Source: a virus (taxonomy: Duplodnaviria > Caudoviricetes). Taken from it: a stretch of DNA of 64,000 bases. Positions 1 to 9,820 of the stretch are shown piece by piece. Numbering within the stretch: position 1 is the stretch's first letter; each line of letters begins with the position of its first letter. Position numbers and translations under genes: made by a program. Below the pieces are notes generated by a model that saw only the letters and a program-made list of their open reading frames with translations, searched no databases and was not told where the DNA came from. The stretch is from IMG/VR virus record IMGVR_UViG_3300047321_000093, positions 1,740 to 65,739 of that record; one strand, given 5' to 3'.

Positions 1-479
1 CCAGCAATGGCCGTAATCGCGCCCGGTTGCTGCGCAGTTGCGGTTACGTCGATGGTGCCACTAACCGGGATGACCACCGAAGCCGGCAGGTTCCACCGAT
101 TCTTGTTCGTGTCCTGCACGACGCCGTTATTGATCGGCGTTCCGACTTGACCAACCAGCGTCACGACCGCTGTGCTGTTGCTCGAGGCGTCGCGGCGCAA
201 GCCGTTGATCTTGACCTGGCTGGAGAGCGCTGCGCCTTGGGCAAAGGCGGGCGAATAGCCGTTGTACGTGGTGACGTCGGCCTGGTTGCCGTCGTTGACG
301 ATCTGCGCGATCAGAGCCAGCAATTGACCGTCTTGCGCGTCCGGCTGAACGTAAATGTCACTGCCATAGATCGACTGAAAGCTTGCGGTCAGACTCGACA
401 AAATGTCGTTGAACGATGGCGCGCTGATCCCCGTCGACGAGATCGTGGCCGCCAACGTCGAAAGCGGAAAAGTTGCCAT
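1..479 (-). CDS. Baseplate J/gp47-like protein (5' part, truncated by window)
   Basis: Manual translation MATFPLSTLAATISSTGISAPSFNDIL...DGQLLALIA...AQGAALSSQVKINGLRR; start overlaps the upstream stop. Confidence 0.85.
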   Translation of the reverse strand, partial: MATFPLSTLAATISSTGISAPSFNDILSSLTASFQSIYGSDIYVQPDAQDGQLLALIAQIVNDGNQADVTTYNGYSPAFAQGAALSSQVKINGLRRDASSNSTAVVTLVGQVGTPINNGVVQDTNKNRWNLPASVVIPVSGTIDVTATAQQPGAITAIA

Positions 480-832
480 CAGAAAGCCTGGGTAATGGTG
501 GTCTGGCCGAACTGCGTATTAACCGTTGCAGCTACGGTGAATTGCCGGGTCGACGGATCGAGAAAGCTTGCGTAATCGACGATCTCAGTCACGCCCTGCG
601 TCTCGAGAATCACGGTCTGGATTGCGAGGTCGCGCGTCGATTCGGTGCCGGCGCCGAGGATTTGCGTGTTGTAGGGCGTGCCGACTGTTTGATCGAGGAA
701 CCATTCGCCTTGAATGAGCTTGAGGCGGGTCTGGATGGCTTGGGCGACCGCAGCAGGCTCATCTACCAAGAAATTCTGGCCAGCCTGCCCGAACGTGTAA
801 TCGCCATTGGCGTCGAGAGTTCGATAGCGCAT
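479..832 (-). CDS. Baseplate wedge subunit (gp25/W/gp46-like)
   Basis: MRYRTLDANGDYTFG...AIQTRLKLIQGEWFLD; lies between spike and J. Confidence 0.8.
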   Translation of the reverse strand: MRYRTLDANGDYTFGQAGQNFLVDEPAAVAQAIQTRLKLIQGEWFLDQTVGTPYNTQILGAGTESTRDLAIQTVILETQGVTEIVDYASFLDPSTRQFTVAATVNTQFGQTTITQAF

Positions 833-833
833 G

Positions 834-1577
834 TCAGTTCGGAGGATTGGTATTGCTGCCCGCGCCGTTCTCATGGTGCGTATGCGTGCTGTCGATCGCC
901 TTCCCGTTCGAAGTGACCGAGCCGATGAAGTTGATGACACCTGTGACGGTTGCTGCGACACCGCTAGCCGTGCTGCCAGCCATACCAGCAAGCCATGTGA
1001 GCAGACCTTGAATCGTCACTGCACCTGTGAACAGGTTCGTCGGCGCGTCAACCTCAAACCCTCCAGGCGCGACGATCTTGATCTTCTGGCTAGTCGGGTT
1101 GAGGTCGATGTAGGTCGACGCGTCATTGCTGCGAAGTTGCACGCTGTTCGTGCTGATTCCGCCGATCTTCGTCGCCTGCGAGAACGGGCCGGAAAGGCAG
1201 AAGCCGTCCGACAGGTCGTGCATGCGGAATTCGGATTGGGCCTGGACACCGCCAGCAGTCCACCACGCATCGATGCAGCGAGACGCGAACACGATGAGGC
1301 ATTCGTCTCCCTGGGCAATCGGAAAAGTCAAAGTGCAGCCGCCGCCGCGGGGAAATACGACGGGGCAATCGAGCAGCAAGGGAAGGGCGACCAATTGCGT
1401 CGAACCGTCCGGCGCGCGAACCTCAGCTTTGATAGCCGGCTGCGCAACGCAGGTAACGGCGCCCGCATCGAAACTCTCTATAATCGCCGGCAGCGCCGTC
1501 CAGACCTGTGCCTGATGCCCGCCAAGCGCCAGGCGTAACGCTTCCTGCGAGTCATTAACGCGTTCTAACTGGAGCAT
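834..1577 (-). CDS. Baseplate central spike (Gp45/Gp138-like)
   Basis: LTFPIAQGDECLIVF, RMHDLSDG, C-terminal HTH metal-binding tip. Confidence 0.85.
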   Translation of the reverse strand: MLQLERVNDSQEALRLALGGHQAQVWTALPAIIESFDAGAVTCVAQPAIKAEVRAPDGSTQLVALPLLLDCPVVFPRGGGCTLTFPIAQGDECLIVFASRCIDAWWTAGGVQAQSEFRMHDLSDGFCLSGPFSQATKIGGISTNSVQLRSNDASTYIDLNPTSQKIKIVAPGGFEVDAPTNLFTGAVTIQGLLTWLAGMAGSTASGVAATVTGVINFIGSVTSNGKAIDSTHTHHENGAGSNTNPPN

Positions 1578-1585
1578 GGGGTTTT

Positions 1586-2191
1586 ATGAAAGCACTTGTC
1601 TTGGTCTCATCGATGGCGCTATGCGCATGCACGAGTCAGCAATACGCAGAGTTCAATCAACGGGTGAACGATTCAATCGCTACCGCCTTGGGGACGCGCA
1701 CTGAGCCGCCGCCACCTTCGGAATGGAAATCAGAAACGGCTATTGATTACGTTCCAGCTCGGGTCCCAAGCGCGCAAGAGCGGGCTGATTCGGCTTACGC
1801 CAATCACATAGCCGGCATGGGCGCCGTGCCAGAGGTAACGTTCACGCCAGTACCGGCACCGAAGCAACCGACAGCGAAAGGAATGGATTTGGTGGACGGC
1901 GCGATCGTCTGCCCGTCTCTTGATGAGGCAACCTGGCTATACGGCCAGATAAACCAGGCTCGGCACGCGCGCCAGTCGCTGTCGCCGGAATTGAGGAAGC
2001 AGGGCGCATTGCTCAATGGCTACGACTATGGCGCGGAGCCCCGTCCGTCCGACTACCGATGCCAACTTGTTCCGGATGGAACGCCAATGAACGTTAGGAT
2101 GGAAATGGGCGTTATTCCGGTAGTCTGGGGCAAGATGAAGGATGGTCGGCCGTTTGCAGGGGTCACAATCCCGAACATGGTTGACCGCTAG
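1586..2191 (+). CDS. Lipoprotein moron, antisense within baseplate module
   Basis: Lipobox MKALVLVSSMALCAC; exactly fills the gap between two minus-strand genes. Confidence 0.7.
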   Translation: MKALVLVSSMALCACTSQQYAEFNQRVNDSIATALGTRTEPPPPSEWKSETAIDYVPARVPSAQERADSAYANHIAGMGAVPEVTFTPVPAPKQPTAKGMDLVDGAIVCPSLDEATWLYGQINQARHARQSLSPELRKQGALLNGYDYGAEPRPSDYRCQLVPDGTPMNVRMEMGVIPVVWGKMKDGRPFAGVTIPNMVDR

Positions 2192-3180
2192 CCGGAAGTG
2201 GCCACGGACTGGCTTTGGTTCGACGCGGAGACATCGACCGCGAGACAGATCATGTCGACGTACCAATCATTGCCGCGCGAGTCACCGCTAAATTCCGCCG
2301 TCATCACACGGTAGAATCCGGCCGCCGTCACGACTGTCGCAATGGCAACGTCGTACTTCAAACCCTGCTGCTGCGTCGTGATCTGGTTGATGTCTGACTT
2401 GGCTATCTGCACAAGGCAGCCGATGCGGATCAGCGGATTGAGTAGGGCGCGGACTCTGACGCCCCCGTCTGTAGATTCGGGCACGCCGATAAGGCCTGTC
2501 GTCGATGACAGCACGACCGCTTCGCCCGGGCGATAGCCGGTGATAGGCACAAGCACGAACTCGCCGTTCTGAATCGACCACCTGAACCCGTACTTGTCGG
2601 CCCAGTCTCTCGCATAGTCGCGGGACATGCCAAACAGCACCTTGCCGCGGGAGAGCGCGTTAGCCGTTCCTGCCACTGACCCAGCGATCAGGCCACTGGT
2701 ATCGCTCGCAAACTTGACGGGCGGCGTACCGTTGGACGATGCCGCCCCAGTGATCGCGCTGATTACCTGCTCTGGCTTCTGGCCGGCGACGATCGACTGG
2801 CTGATGACCGAAAAGTTGTACCAGTCATCGCCATCAGCGGCGTAGATATCAAGGTACGAATCAACGTTGCGCTCACGCCCCGTCGCCGTCTGCTTGATCG
2901 TGCCTTGGAAGATGATGCCGAAGTTGCCATTCTCATACCCGGCTTGCAGCGTGATCGTGCCGAATTCAGTGCTGGTGTTGGTCCCTATCTTCGCGACAGT
3001 CTGTGGCGAGAGGTTATAGACCCGAACGTACAGCGTGTTCGGCGTCTGCGCATCTGAGTTCGTCGTCCTGAACGTGAACCGGAAACCGGAGAGATCCAGG
3101 CCCACTGTGCCCGTCGAGACAATGAGATTCGCCTTTCGCCAGAACTGGTATTGCGTCGGCGTGGTTGCGGGCGTGCTCAT
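2188..3180 (-). CDS. Baseplate hub protein
   Basis: VYNLS, LQAGYE, WSIQNG, TGLIGVP, GDSRGNDWY motifs; synteny. Confidence 0.8.
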   Translation of the reverse strand: MSTPATTPTQYQFWRKANLIVSTGTVGLDLSGFRFTFRTTNSDAQTPNTLYVRVYNLSPQTVAKIGTNTSTEFGTITLQAGYENGNFGIIFQGTIKQTATGRERNVDSYLDIYAADGDDWYNFSVISQSIVAGQKPEQVISAITGAASSNGTPPVKFASDTSGLIAGSVAGTANALSRGKVLFGMSRDYARDWADKYGFRWSIQNGEFVLVPITGYRPGEAVVLSSTTGLIGVPESTDGGVRVRALLNPLIRIGCLVQIAKSDINQITTQQQGLKYDVAIATVVTAAGFYRVMTAEFSGDSRGNDWYVDMICLAVDVSASNQSQSVATSG

Positions 3181-3488
3181 GCAGTGATCGCGTACAGGTG
3201 AGAGGTGGTGCCCAGCGTGTCAAACGTCGGCACTGTATCGGGCGAGTTGTCAGTCTGTGCGACGAGAGCGAACTGGAATCCAAGATACGAGTACTGCTCG
3301 AGTAGATCGGCGCCCGTCACCATTGGGATACCCGACACGATGGGATTTCCGCTTGCATCTGCAATGTCGATCATCCACGACGCGTTCTGCACGTTCCAGT
3401 GCACGTCGAAACCGTACGTCGTACCGGCCAGCGTAATGCCGAACGTCTGCGGCTGTGGCGACAGAGGGATTTCGTAGACCGTCGTCAT
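3177..3488 (-). CDS. Small baseplate protein
   Basis: YEIPL...GIPMVTGADLLEQY; synteny. Confidence 0.7.
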   Translation of the reverse strand: MTTVYEIPLSPQPQTFGITLAGTTYGFDVHWNVQNASWMIDIADASGNPIVSGIPMVTGADLLEQYSYLGFQFALVAQTDNSPDTVPTFDTLGTTSHLYAITA

Positions 3489-4201
3489 GGCAATTTAAAC
3501 TGGGATGGCAATGATGGCAATGATGGCAGATTGGCCGTTAGCGCAGCCACTGGCGACTTGATGCCCATGGCCGTCGACGCAGCGTTCTGCGCCGGATTCG
3601 CCATCTTCGAAGAGTCGGGCACCGTGACGGTTTGCGTCTGGGCCATCAGAATCTGCCTCATTCCCACGCGCAGAATCAGGCTGTTCTCCGTCTTCGAATC
3701 GGTCGTCGTTGCCAGCGACTTTATGAGCATGTTGTTATAGACGCGCTTGCCGGTGTAGACGTCGAAAATGCGCCGGTCGTTGTAGAGTTTTAAGATGCCC
3801 TTGTACTTCTGGACCGTGACCGGATCGCCCGAACTGAAGGCGGATGCGATTCCGCCGACGAGTTCAGCCGCGCCGACGACTTTCTGTAGTAGTGGGCTGG
3901 CGTTGGCCGCAGCACCCAGAATCTGGTTGAGAGCGCCAGTCTTGCTCGGGCTGTTCGACCAGGCGATCGTGAGAATCAGTTCTGAGGGTCGCGCGAATGC
4001 ATGATCGGAGATCACCGAACCCTGTTCGACCGGATGATCGGTAATCTCCATCTCGTCCGAGTGCACCTCTTCGATCGTCATCTGTGTCTCGACGATCGTG
4101 ATGAGGGTATCGCTCTCGGTGCGCCACATCCGCTTGGGTTTTATCGCTAATGCCTGAATGCCGATTTGCGCAGCAGATGCTACGGTCCCGAGAATGCTCA
4201 T
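3485..4201 (-). CDS. Dit-like / tube initiator baseplate protein
   Basis: ITDHPVEQGSVISDHA, TGKRVYNNMLI; follows the tape measure gene. Confidence 0.75.
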   Translation of the reverse strand: MSILGTVASAAQIGIQALAIKPKRMWRTESDTLITIVETQMTIEEVHSDEMEITDHPVEQGSVISDHAFARPSELILTIAWSNSPSKTGALNQILGAAANASPLLQKVVGAAELVGGIASAFSSGDPVTVQKYKGILKLYNDRRIFDVYTGKRVYNNMLIKSLATTTDSKTENSLILRVGMRQILMAQTQTVTVPDSSKMANPAQNAASTAMGIKSPVAALTANLPSLPSLPSQFKLP

Positions 4202-5943
4202 CTGACTGCTCCGTAGAAGTTGCGCACAAAGTCGCCGTTGATGCGCGTCTGCTCAGAGCCGATCGCGCGGGCAGTCCCTTGCGGGTCGGATGAGCCGGCG
4301 ATGTGGAACTCGTTGTGTTGCTCAATGCTGACGTTCGACGTCGCTGCAGCACCACCGCCGAGCCGCGTGTTCTGCGACTGGTCTACAAGAGATCGAACAT
4401 TGCCGTAAGCGCGCCCGTTCTCGTGCTGGAAAATTGCCTGCGCGACACCGCCGAGTTGGTCGCCGCTTAGATGCGCATCAGCCGAGATGCCAAGTTTCTT
4501 CGCAACCGCGTCGATGTAGGCGGATGTGTTGTTCTCGTTGGCCGGCGCCCACTTCGATATGATCTTCCGTACTGTGTCAACGCCCTTTGCGGCATAGCCT
4601 TCGAGCAGTTTGATTGCAGCCTTGACCCCGTCTTCCATCGACTGGAAGACAGCGAATCCCTTGTCATCCCGACCGGTTGCGCCAGTCTGCTGCGCAAACT
4701 TGCCGAAACGGATGTTGCCGGGGTTGTTGTTCCGGATGCCGCGGGGTGCGGTACTCGACGGCGTAGCATTTTCAGGGGGCAGTTCGATGATCGTGCCGAA
4801 TGATCCGTCGTCCGGCTTTGCCTGCTGTGCTGGTACCTTCCCGCCACGATTCGCGGGACCGTTGAAATCAAACGTCGCCGGGTCGATCGCGCCCGCAGCC
4901 GCCTGATTCTTCGCGACGTTGGCGTCCTCTCCCGTGTTCAGGTCTTCGCTGTGGAACATCAGAGCGATCGGGCCAAGGACTTTCAGCAGGCCACCAATGG
5001 CGCCGCCCGCAGCCACAGCGCCGAGTCGCGTCACCGCAGCAACAAGATTAAGGATGCCTGTAACCAGCGGCGCCAACTGAATCGCTGCCAGCGCAATCAG
5101 CACGCCTTTCATGCCGCCGATCGCATGGTAGACGCTGGCGATGTCGTCGCCGACCTTCTTCCAGTTGACGCTTTGAATCCAGTTCGCAAGACTCTGAACG
5201 GCGTCTGCAATGCGCTGCGCGACTTCGCCCGCGTGATTCTCGGCGAACCGCTCAAACTCATTGACGAGGGGCGTGAGAACCGGCGCAAGCTTCGACTCAA
5301 CGACGATCCAGAGGTCGTTGAATGTGTCCTTGACCGAGCGGATCGAATTGTTGAAATCGACGCCAGCCTTTGCCGCCTGGTCCGGATCAATGCCGAACGC
5401 CGCGAGCTTCTGGTGATACTGCTGCTCAGCGGCAAGGCGCTTGTCCTGACCCTGCTCGAGCATCAGCAGCGTGTCCGCGTCAATGCCGAACAACTGCGCG
5501 TAGGCTGCAGCCACATACGGCTGCATCTGCTTCGCTTTGGCGATGAAGCTGTCGAACTTCTCGGCCGGATCTTTCCCGGTGACACCCAGCGAATCAAGCA
5601 GGCTGTTGGTGCCGGGATTCAGACGCAGCGTGCGGGAGAAGTTCTCGAGCGCGCCTTGCGCCTGGTCAGCAGTCAGCCCTATCTGACTTGCGGCGTACCG
5701 CAGGGCCATGATGTTGCCGACCGTCGCGCCGGTACGCTGCGAGGCGTAGTAAAGATTCTCCATCTGATTGGAGATGATCTTTACGCCTGCAATGATGCCG
5801 GTTGCAGCAGCAGCAACTTCCAGCCCGACCGTCTTGACTGACTTCGTGACACTCTCGACGGAGGTCGTGAATTTCTTCATCGACGCTTCGTCCACCCGGA
5901 AGCCGAGTGACACCAAAAATTCCCGGAGCACGTTATCGCTCAT
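4198..5943 (-). CDS. Tape measure protein with C-terminal lysozyme-like domain
   Basis: N-terminal EFLVSLGF, helical body, hydrophobic segment, RGIRNNNPGNIR...WAPANENNT muralytic-type domain. Confidence 0.85.
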   Translation of the reverse strand: MSDNVLREFLVSLGFRVDEASMKKFTTSVESVTKSVKTVGLEVAAAATGIIAGVKIISNQMENLYYASQRTGATVGNIMALRYAASQIGLTADQAQGALENFSRTLRLNPGTNSLLDSLGVTGKDPAEKFDSFIAKAKQMQPYVAAAYAQLFGIDADTLLMLEQGQDKRLAAEQQYHQKLAAFGIDPDQAAKAGVDFNNSIRSVKDTFNDLWIVVESKLAPVLTPLVNEFERFAENHAGEVAQRIADAVQSLANWIQSVNWKKVGDDIASVYHAIGGMKGVLIALAAIQLAPLVTGILNLVAAVTRLGAVAAGGAIGGLLKVLGPIALMFHSEDLNTGEDANVAKNQAAAGAIDPATFDFNGPANRGGKVPAQQAKPDDGSFGTIIELPPENATPSSTAPRGIRNNNPGNIRFGKFAQQTGATGRDDKGFAVFQSMEDGVKAAIKLLEGYAAKGVDTVRKIISKWAPANENNTSAYIDAVAKKLGISADAHLSGDQLGGVAQAIFQHENGRAYGNVRSLVDQSQNTRLGGGAAATSNVSIEQHNEFHIAGSSDPQGTARAIGSEQTRINGDFVRNFYGAVR

Positions 5944-6176
5944 CTGTTGCGCTCCGCTTGCTGTCTGAGTATTTCTTCATTGGCCGACCGGACGGCCAAG
6001 GCGTCGTTAAGAAGCGCCACGTCCTCCAGCGCGAGCGTCCCGTCGATCAGGGACTCGTACTTGCACAGACCTTCCATGACCGGCTGCAGCAGCCAGTCTT
6101 CACCATCAGGGAGCGAGAGCAGGGTGATGTTCTGCGATGAGTTCGCGCTTACGCCGCTGCCCCGGCGGGAAAAAAA
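5940..6176 (-). CDS. Tail assembly chaperone GT extension (-1 frameshift product)
   Basis: The -1 frame is open from the slippery site: SRRGSG...LPDGEDWLLQPVMEGLCKYESLIDG...AERNR*; stop overlaps the tape measure ATG. Confidence 0.8.
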   Translation of the reverse strand, partial: FFSRRGSGVSANSSQNITLLSLPDGEDWLLQPVMEGLCKYESLIDGTLALEDVALLNDALAVRSANEEILRQQAERNR

Positions 6177-6529
6177 CCGCCCAGATTCTCCTGAATTACC
6201 TTCACCGCAAGCTGGATCATCTGGCCCATGTCGATGTCCTCGAACATGAGGCCACCGCGCACCATGACGGGGGCCGGATGGCCGTTCGGCTGCATGCGCT
6301 GGCAGACGCCCAGACAGACGTCGAGCACATAGTCGACGTCCTGGTCCGACATGCCGGAAAGCGCATCGGTGAGCGGCCCGAGGAACGCGGCGAATCCCGC
6401 GCTCTTGTCCGGTACGCTGCCCATACCAGCCAGCAACGGAGCCAGCCGGCGTGCGACGTGGAACTGCTTGCGAGCGTCAATGCGGCCAATGCGATATTTC
6501 TGCCCGCCGACTTCTACGATGTCGCTCAT
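6149..6529 (-). CDS. Tail assembly chaperone G
   Basis: QFHVARRLAP...ENLGGFF; between tube and tape measure genes. Confidence 0.8.
   Translation of the reverse strand: MSDIVEVGGQKYRIGRIDARKQFHVARRLAPLLAGMGSVPDKSAGFAAFLGPLTDALSGMSDQDVDYVLDVCLGVCQRMQPNGHPAPVMVRGGLMFEDIDMGQMIQLAVKVIQENLGGFFPAGAAA
6170..6176 (-). other. Programmed -1 frameshift slippery site T TTT TTT
   Basis: GGT TTT TTT CCC near the end of chaperone G with an open -1 frame. Confidence 0.8.
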
Positions 6530-6532
6530 GGG

Positions 6533-6976
6533 TTACACCCCGATCGAAAGAGCCGGGTCCATAATGCCCACATCGAACACCCATTCCACCGTGCCGGCTT
6601 CCATCGCGTAGGTGTTGTTCGGGAACTTCGAGAACGCGACCTGTTGACAGGAGTACTGTTCGCCGCGGACGATGTCTGAGCCTGCCATGACGTTTTGCCC
6701 CCAGTTGGCCGACGACGTGCGCTGGAAGCTGTACATCGCCGAGAGCTTGCCGTTGGTGGGCGAGGTCTTCAGCAGGCGCACGGTTGCCTTGCCGCCCTTG
6801 CCTGGGTTCAGGCTGTGCATGGCCGTGCCATCGGCGCCAATAACCATCGTGTTGGCGTTCTCGACGAATTCGAAGGTCACGCCTTCTTTTGCGTCGCCCG
6901 CGCCATCGCCCAACGTGATCGAACCGCCAGGGCCCGTCAGCGTGAGCGCAAAGTCTTGAAAGCTATACGTGCTCAT
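6533..6976 (-). CDS. Tail tube protein (DUF3277-like)
   Basis: MSTYSFQD...IGADG...TSPTN; follows sheath. Confidence 0.8.
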   Translation of the reverse strand: MSTYSFQDFALTLTGPGGSITLGDGAGDAKEGVTFEFVENANTMVIGADGTAMHSLNPGKGGKATVRLLKTSPTNGKLSAMYSFQRTSSANWGQNVMAGSDIVRGEQYSCQQVAFSKFPNNTYAMEAGTVEWVFDVGIMDPALSIGV

Positions 6977-6988
6977 GTGTTATCTCGC

Positions 6989-8803
6989 TTATTGGTTGAC
7001 GGTGACTGCGAAGTCGATCGTGTGCACGGCGCCCGCCAGCTTCACTGCGATCTGGAAGGGCACCGACTTGCGCGCGGCGCGATCGGCCTGGCTTTGCGAT
7101 GCAACCGGGGGTTGAAAGACGTAGTAGCCCTTCGCGAGGAAGTCGCCCTGATTCAGCGTGCCGAACCCGCCGCTGTTCCAAGTGCCGGGTGCGAACAGAC
7201 CGTTGCCGACGTACTGCTGACAGACGCCTTCAATGACTGTCGCGAGGATGTGCATGCCGGGGTCGGTCTGCGGAATCTTCGTCGTGCTCGTGTAGAGGGC
7301 ATTGAAAAGAGCCGTCTGGACATCGATACAGAACGCGTCCATGCCAACGATCGTGTCGATGTACTGGCCCGATGCGACCTTGGCTGGCTCGATGATCGTC
7401 GTGCCGTTGTTGTAGGCCACGAAGACGTTGCAGTTCTTGCCTTCGAGCGCGGACATCTGCGTAGCGTTGAGCGTTTCCGCTGCCACACCGGGCTCCTGCT
7501 TGTACATCAGCGTGATCACCGTGTTGTTGCCGGTGTAATCCACCGTCAACTGGCGACCCAACAGCGAGTTCACTGCATACGCGCTGTTGCTCGAATACTG
7601 CGTACAGGTCTTGTTGTAGCCAAGCGCCTGAAGTTGCGCGGCGATGTCGGTCGTCGTGACCGAGTTCAGCACGCCCGCTTCCTGCGTGGTGACGCCGTAG
7701 AAGTGCTTGTTATTCGTCGATTCGATGAACGCAGCAAGCGCAAGGTGATCCGAATCAGCAGCGCCGCACACCGTCAGGCCGTACCATTTCTGGCCGAACT
7801 GGTTGTCGAACAGGGCAGCGGCCTGAACGGCCGTTTCCGCTGCCACGCCTTGCGCGACGTAAGCGCCCGACGATGCCGAGGTCATGCCTAGCAGCGCTGA
7901 AATATCGGTGCCCGAGCCGCCCGCGAGAGTTGCGCCCGACACCGTGCCAACCGATCCGGCCAGCGTGAAGGCGTTGCCCGCCGTGCCAGGCGTCTTGTAG
8001 ACGATCTGCAGCGCCGTACCAGCCTGGTTGACTGAGTAAGTCGCCTTCGACAGGTTGGCGTCTGCCGACTGGTTGAGGAACGTCACGGCGTTCGCCAGCG
8101 TTGCCTGAAGGCTCGCCCCAATCAGAATCTGGTTGCCGGTCGTCAGAGCCGATACGAACGTAACCACCGTCCCGCCGATCGTGACCGTTGCCGCAGCGCT
8201 CGGGTTGACCGAGTACGTCACGGACCCGGAAGCAGTCGGCGCGCACGCAAAGCTAAGCGTCGACGTTGCGCCGGTCGCGCCGTCCGTGATCTGGAATTGC
8301 GCGAAACTCGAGTTCCATACGCAAGTCGATCCCGCAACAGAGGCGGCAAGGGCCGTCTGGATCAGCGCCGCAATGCCGTTGAGATTGGTCGACGAGCCGA
8401 AGCTTGCCGGCGAGATCGTGTACGGCGACCCGTTGATCGTGATCGAGAAAGCGGGAGCCGTGATAGCGGTCCATGCCGACATCAACTGTTGCGCGGTTGA
8501 CAGCGTCGCGCCGAACAGTTGTGCCGCCGTAGCCGTTTGTGCCCAGCGACCGACCAGCACGTTGGCCGGTTGTGGCGACTGGCCGAACCATGCCACTGCC
8601 GCCAGATATTCAGGCGCGGTCGTGCCGAAGTCTGCGGCCACAGACGACGAGCTGAGGTATTGACGCATGCGCGATGCGACGTCAATCACGGGCGACGAGC
8701 CAAGAATCAACTCGGTGTTCAGGTTCTGCGCCTGTGCCGCGTTCGGCGACAGATTCACTGTCCCCCGAATCAGGCGAGAGATAGGAAGTTGACTCGTCGT
8801 CAT
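6989..8803 (-). CDS. Tail sheath protein (DUF3383-like)
   Basis: DFGTTAPEYLAA, KQEPGV, KIPQTD, C-terminal KLAGAVH. Confidence 0.9.
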   Translation of the reverse strand: MTTSQLPISRLIRGTVNLSPNAAQAQNLNTELILGSSPVIDVASRMRQYLSSSSVAADFGTTAPEYLAAVAWFGQSPQPANVLVGRWAQTATAAQLFGATLSTAQQLMSAWTAITAPAFSITINGSPYTISPASFGSSTNLNGIAALIQTALAASVAGSTCVWNSSFAQFQITDGATGATSTLSFACAPTASGSVTYSVNPSAAATVTIGGTVVTFVSALTTGNQILIGASLQATLANAVTFLNQSADANLSKATYSVNQAGTALQIVYKTPGTAGNAFTLAGSVGTVSGATLAGGSGTDISALLGMTSASSGAYVAQGVAAETAVQAAALFDNQFGQKWYGLTVCGAADSDHLALAAFIESTNNKHFYGVTTQEAGVLNSVTTTDIAAQLQALGYNKTCTQYSSNSAYAVNSLLGRQLTVDYTGNNTVITLMYKQEPGVAAETLNATQMSALEGKNCNVFVAYNNGTTIIEPAKVASGQYIDTIVGMDAFCIDVQTALFNALYTSTTKIPQTDPGMHILATVIEGVCQQYVGNGLFAPGTWNSGGFGTLNQGDFLAKGYYVFQPPVASQSQADRAARKSVPFQIAVKLAGAVHTIDFAVTVNQ

Positions 8804-8820
8804 TTGTGGATATCCCAATG

Positions 8821-8845
8821 AAAAAAGCCCGCACAGTGGCGGGCT
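8821..8845 (-). terminator. Rho-independent terminator
   Basis: AGCCCGC/GCGGGCT stem followed by a T6 run on the minus strand. Confidence 0.65.
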
Positions 8846-8866
8846 CAGAAAGCGTTACGTGAGGTG

Positions 8867-9445
8867 TTACTGGACGTTGATCGGTTCAGTCTGTGTTTCG
8901 GAATTGGCCGTTGCTTCAGCCGACAGAATGGTGAGGATCTGGTACGTTCGGACGACGCGTCGGCGAATGCGCATGCTCACATCAAACCGTCGAATCCATT
9001 GCTGGTTGACCAGTTCCGGCGCGGGCACGATCGAGCCAACTTCGACCAGACCCATTTCGAACTGATCGAGCGTCGAGTTGTTCTGTGCGACATACATGCC
9101 GTCGCGGGCCTGCGCGGCGTAGCTCAATGCGTTGGCGCCATAGAAACTGCACAGAACTGTGATGACCTCGTGCCGGATTAAGGTGTCCGAGCCACTCCCG
9201 GCAGGGTTGTGCTGCTCGTAGGAGTTGGCGTCGTGCTCGATGCCCGTCACGCCGACCGCACACCAGTTTGTCGCTGGCTCTGGTTGCTTCGGCACCGTCG
9301 CCTGCCAGCGAGGGCGAACCATGCTGCCGGGTAGGCCGGTGATACCGACGATCAGTTGCTGGAAGATCGAATCGAGATCAGCATCTTCGGTCGGCGCAAC
9401 CCCTGTTGGCCGGAGATAGCCAGCGACGCTCGAATCACCCGCCAT
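8867..9445 (-). CDS. Tail terminator / neck protein
   Basis: GITGLPGSMVRPRWQ...PELVNQQW; immediately upstream of sheath. Confidence 0.7.
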   Translation of the reverse strand: MAGDSSVAGYLRPTGVAPTEDADLDSIFQQLIVGITGLPGSMVRPRWQATVPKQPEPATNWCAVGVTGIEHDANSYEQHNPAGSGSDTLIRHEVITVLCSFYGANALSYAAQARDGMYVAQNNSTLDQFEMGLVEVGSIVPAPELVNQQWIRRFDVSMRIRRRVVRTYQILTILSAEATANSETQTEPINVQ

Positions 9446-9818
9446 TGGAGCCCCCTGAAAGCGGGATCAGTTCGCAGTTCGCCGCGGTGAAGCCGATGCC
9501 AAAGCGGGACCAGTCGCCGACGTTGGTCACGGTGTAACTGCGACCGTTCCACGTCACGATGTCGGCGTCCATGCCATCGCTGCCAGCCTGAAGCGGGAAG
9601 CGGCTGTGAACTGTGATCGAGCCGTTGATGCGCGATCCTTCAGCCAGACGCATCAGCAGATCGCCGCTGTTGTTCGTCACTACGCCGTAGAAAGGCGTGG
9701 TGGTCGGCGTGTCAGTCGCGATGCCATCGTCGTCAACGACCTGTGTCATGCGCGCACAGACGAGGCTATCCACGAAATCCGGATCGAGCAGGATTTCGGA
9801 AACGTCGAGCAGTGGCAT
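9435..9818 (-). CDS. Head closure / head-tail connector
   Basis: MPLLDVSEILLDPDF...DIVTWNGRSY; synteny. Confidence 0.7.
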   Translation of the reverse strand: MPLLDVSEILLDPDFVDSLVCARMTQVVDDDGIATDTPTTTPFYGVVTNNSGDLLMRLAEGSRINGSITVHSRFPLQAGSDGMDADIVTWNGRSYTVTNVGDWSRFGIGFTAANCELIPLSGGSNGG

Positions 9819-9820
9819 GG

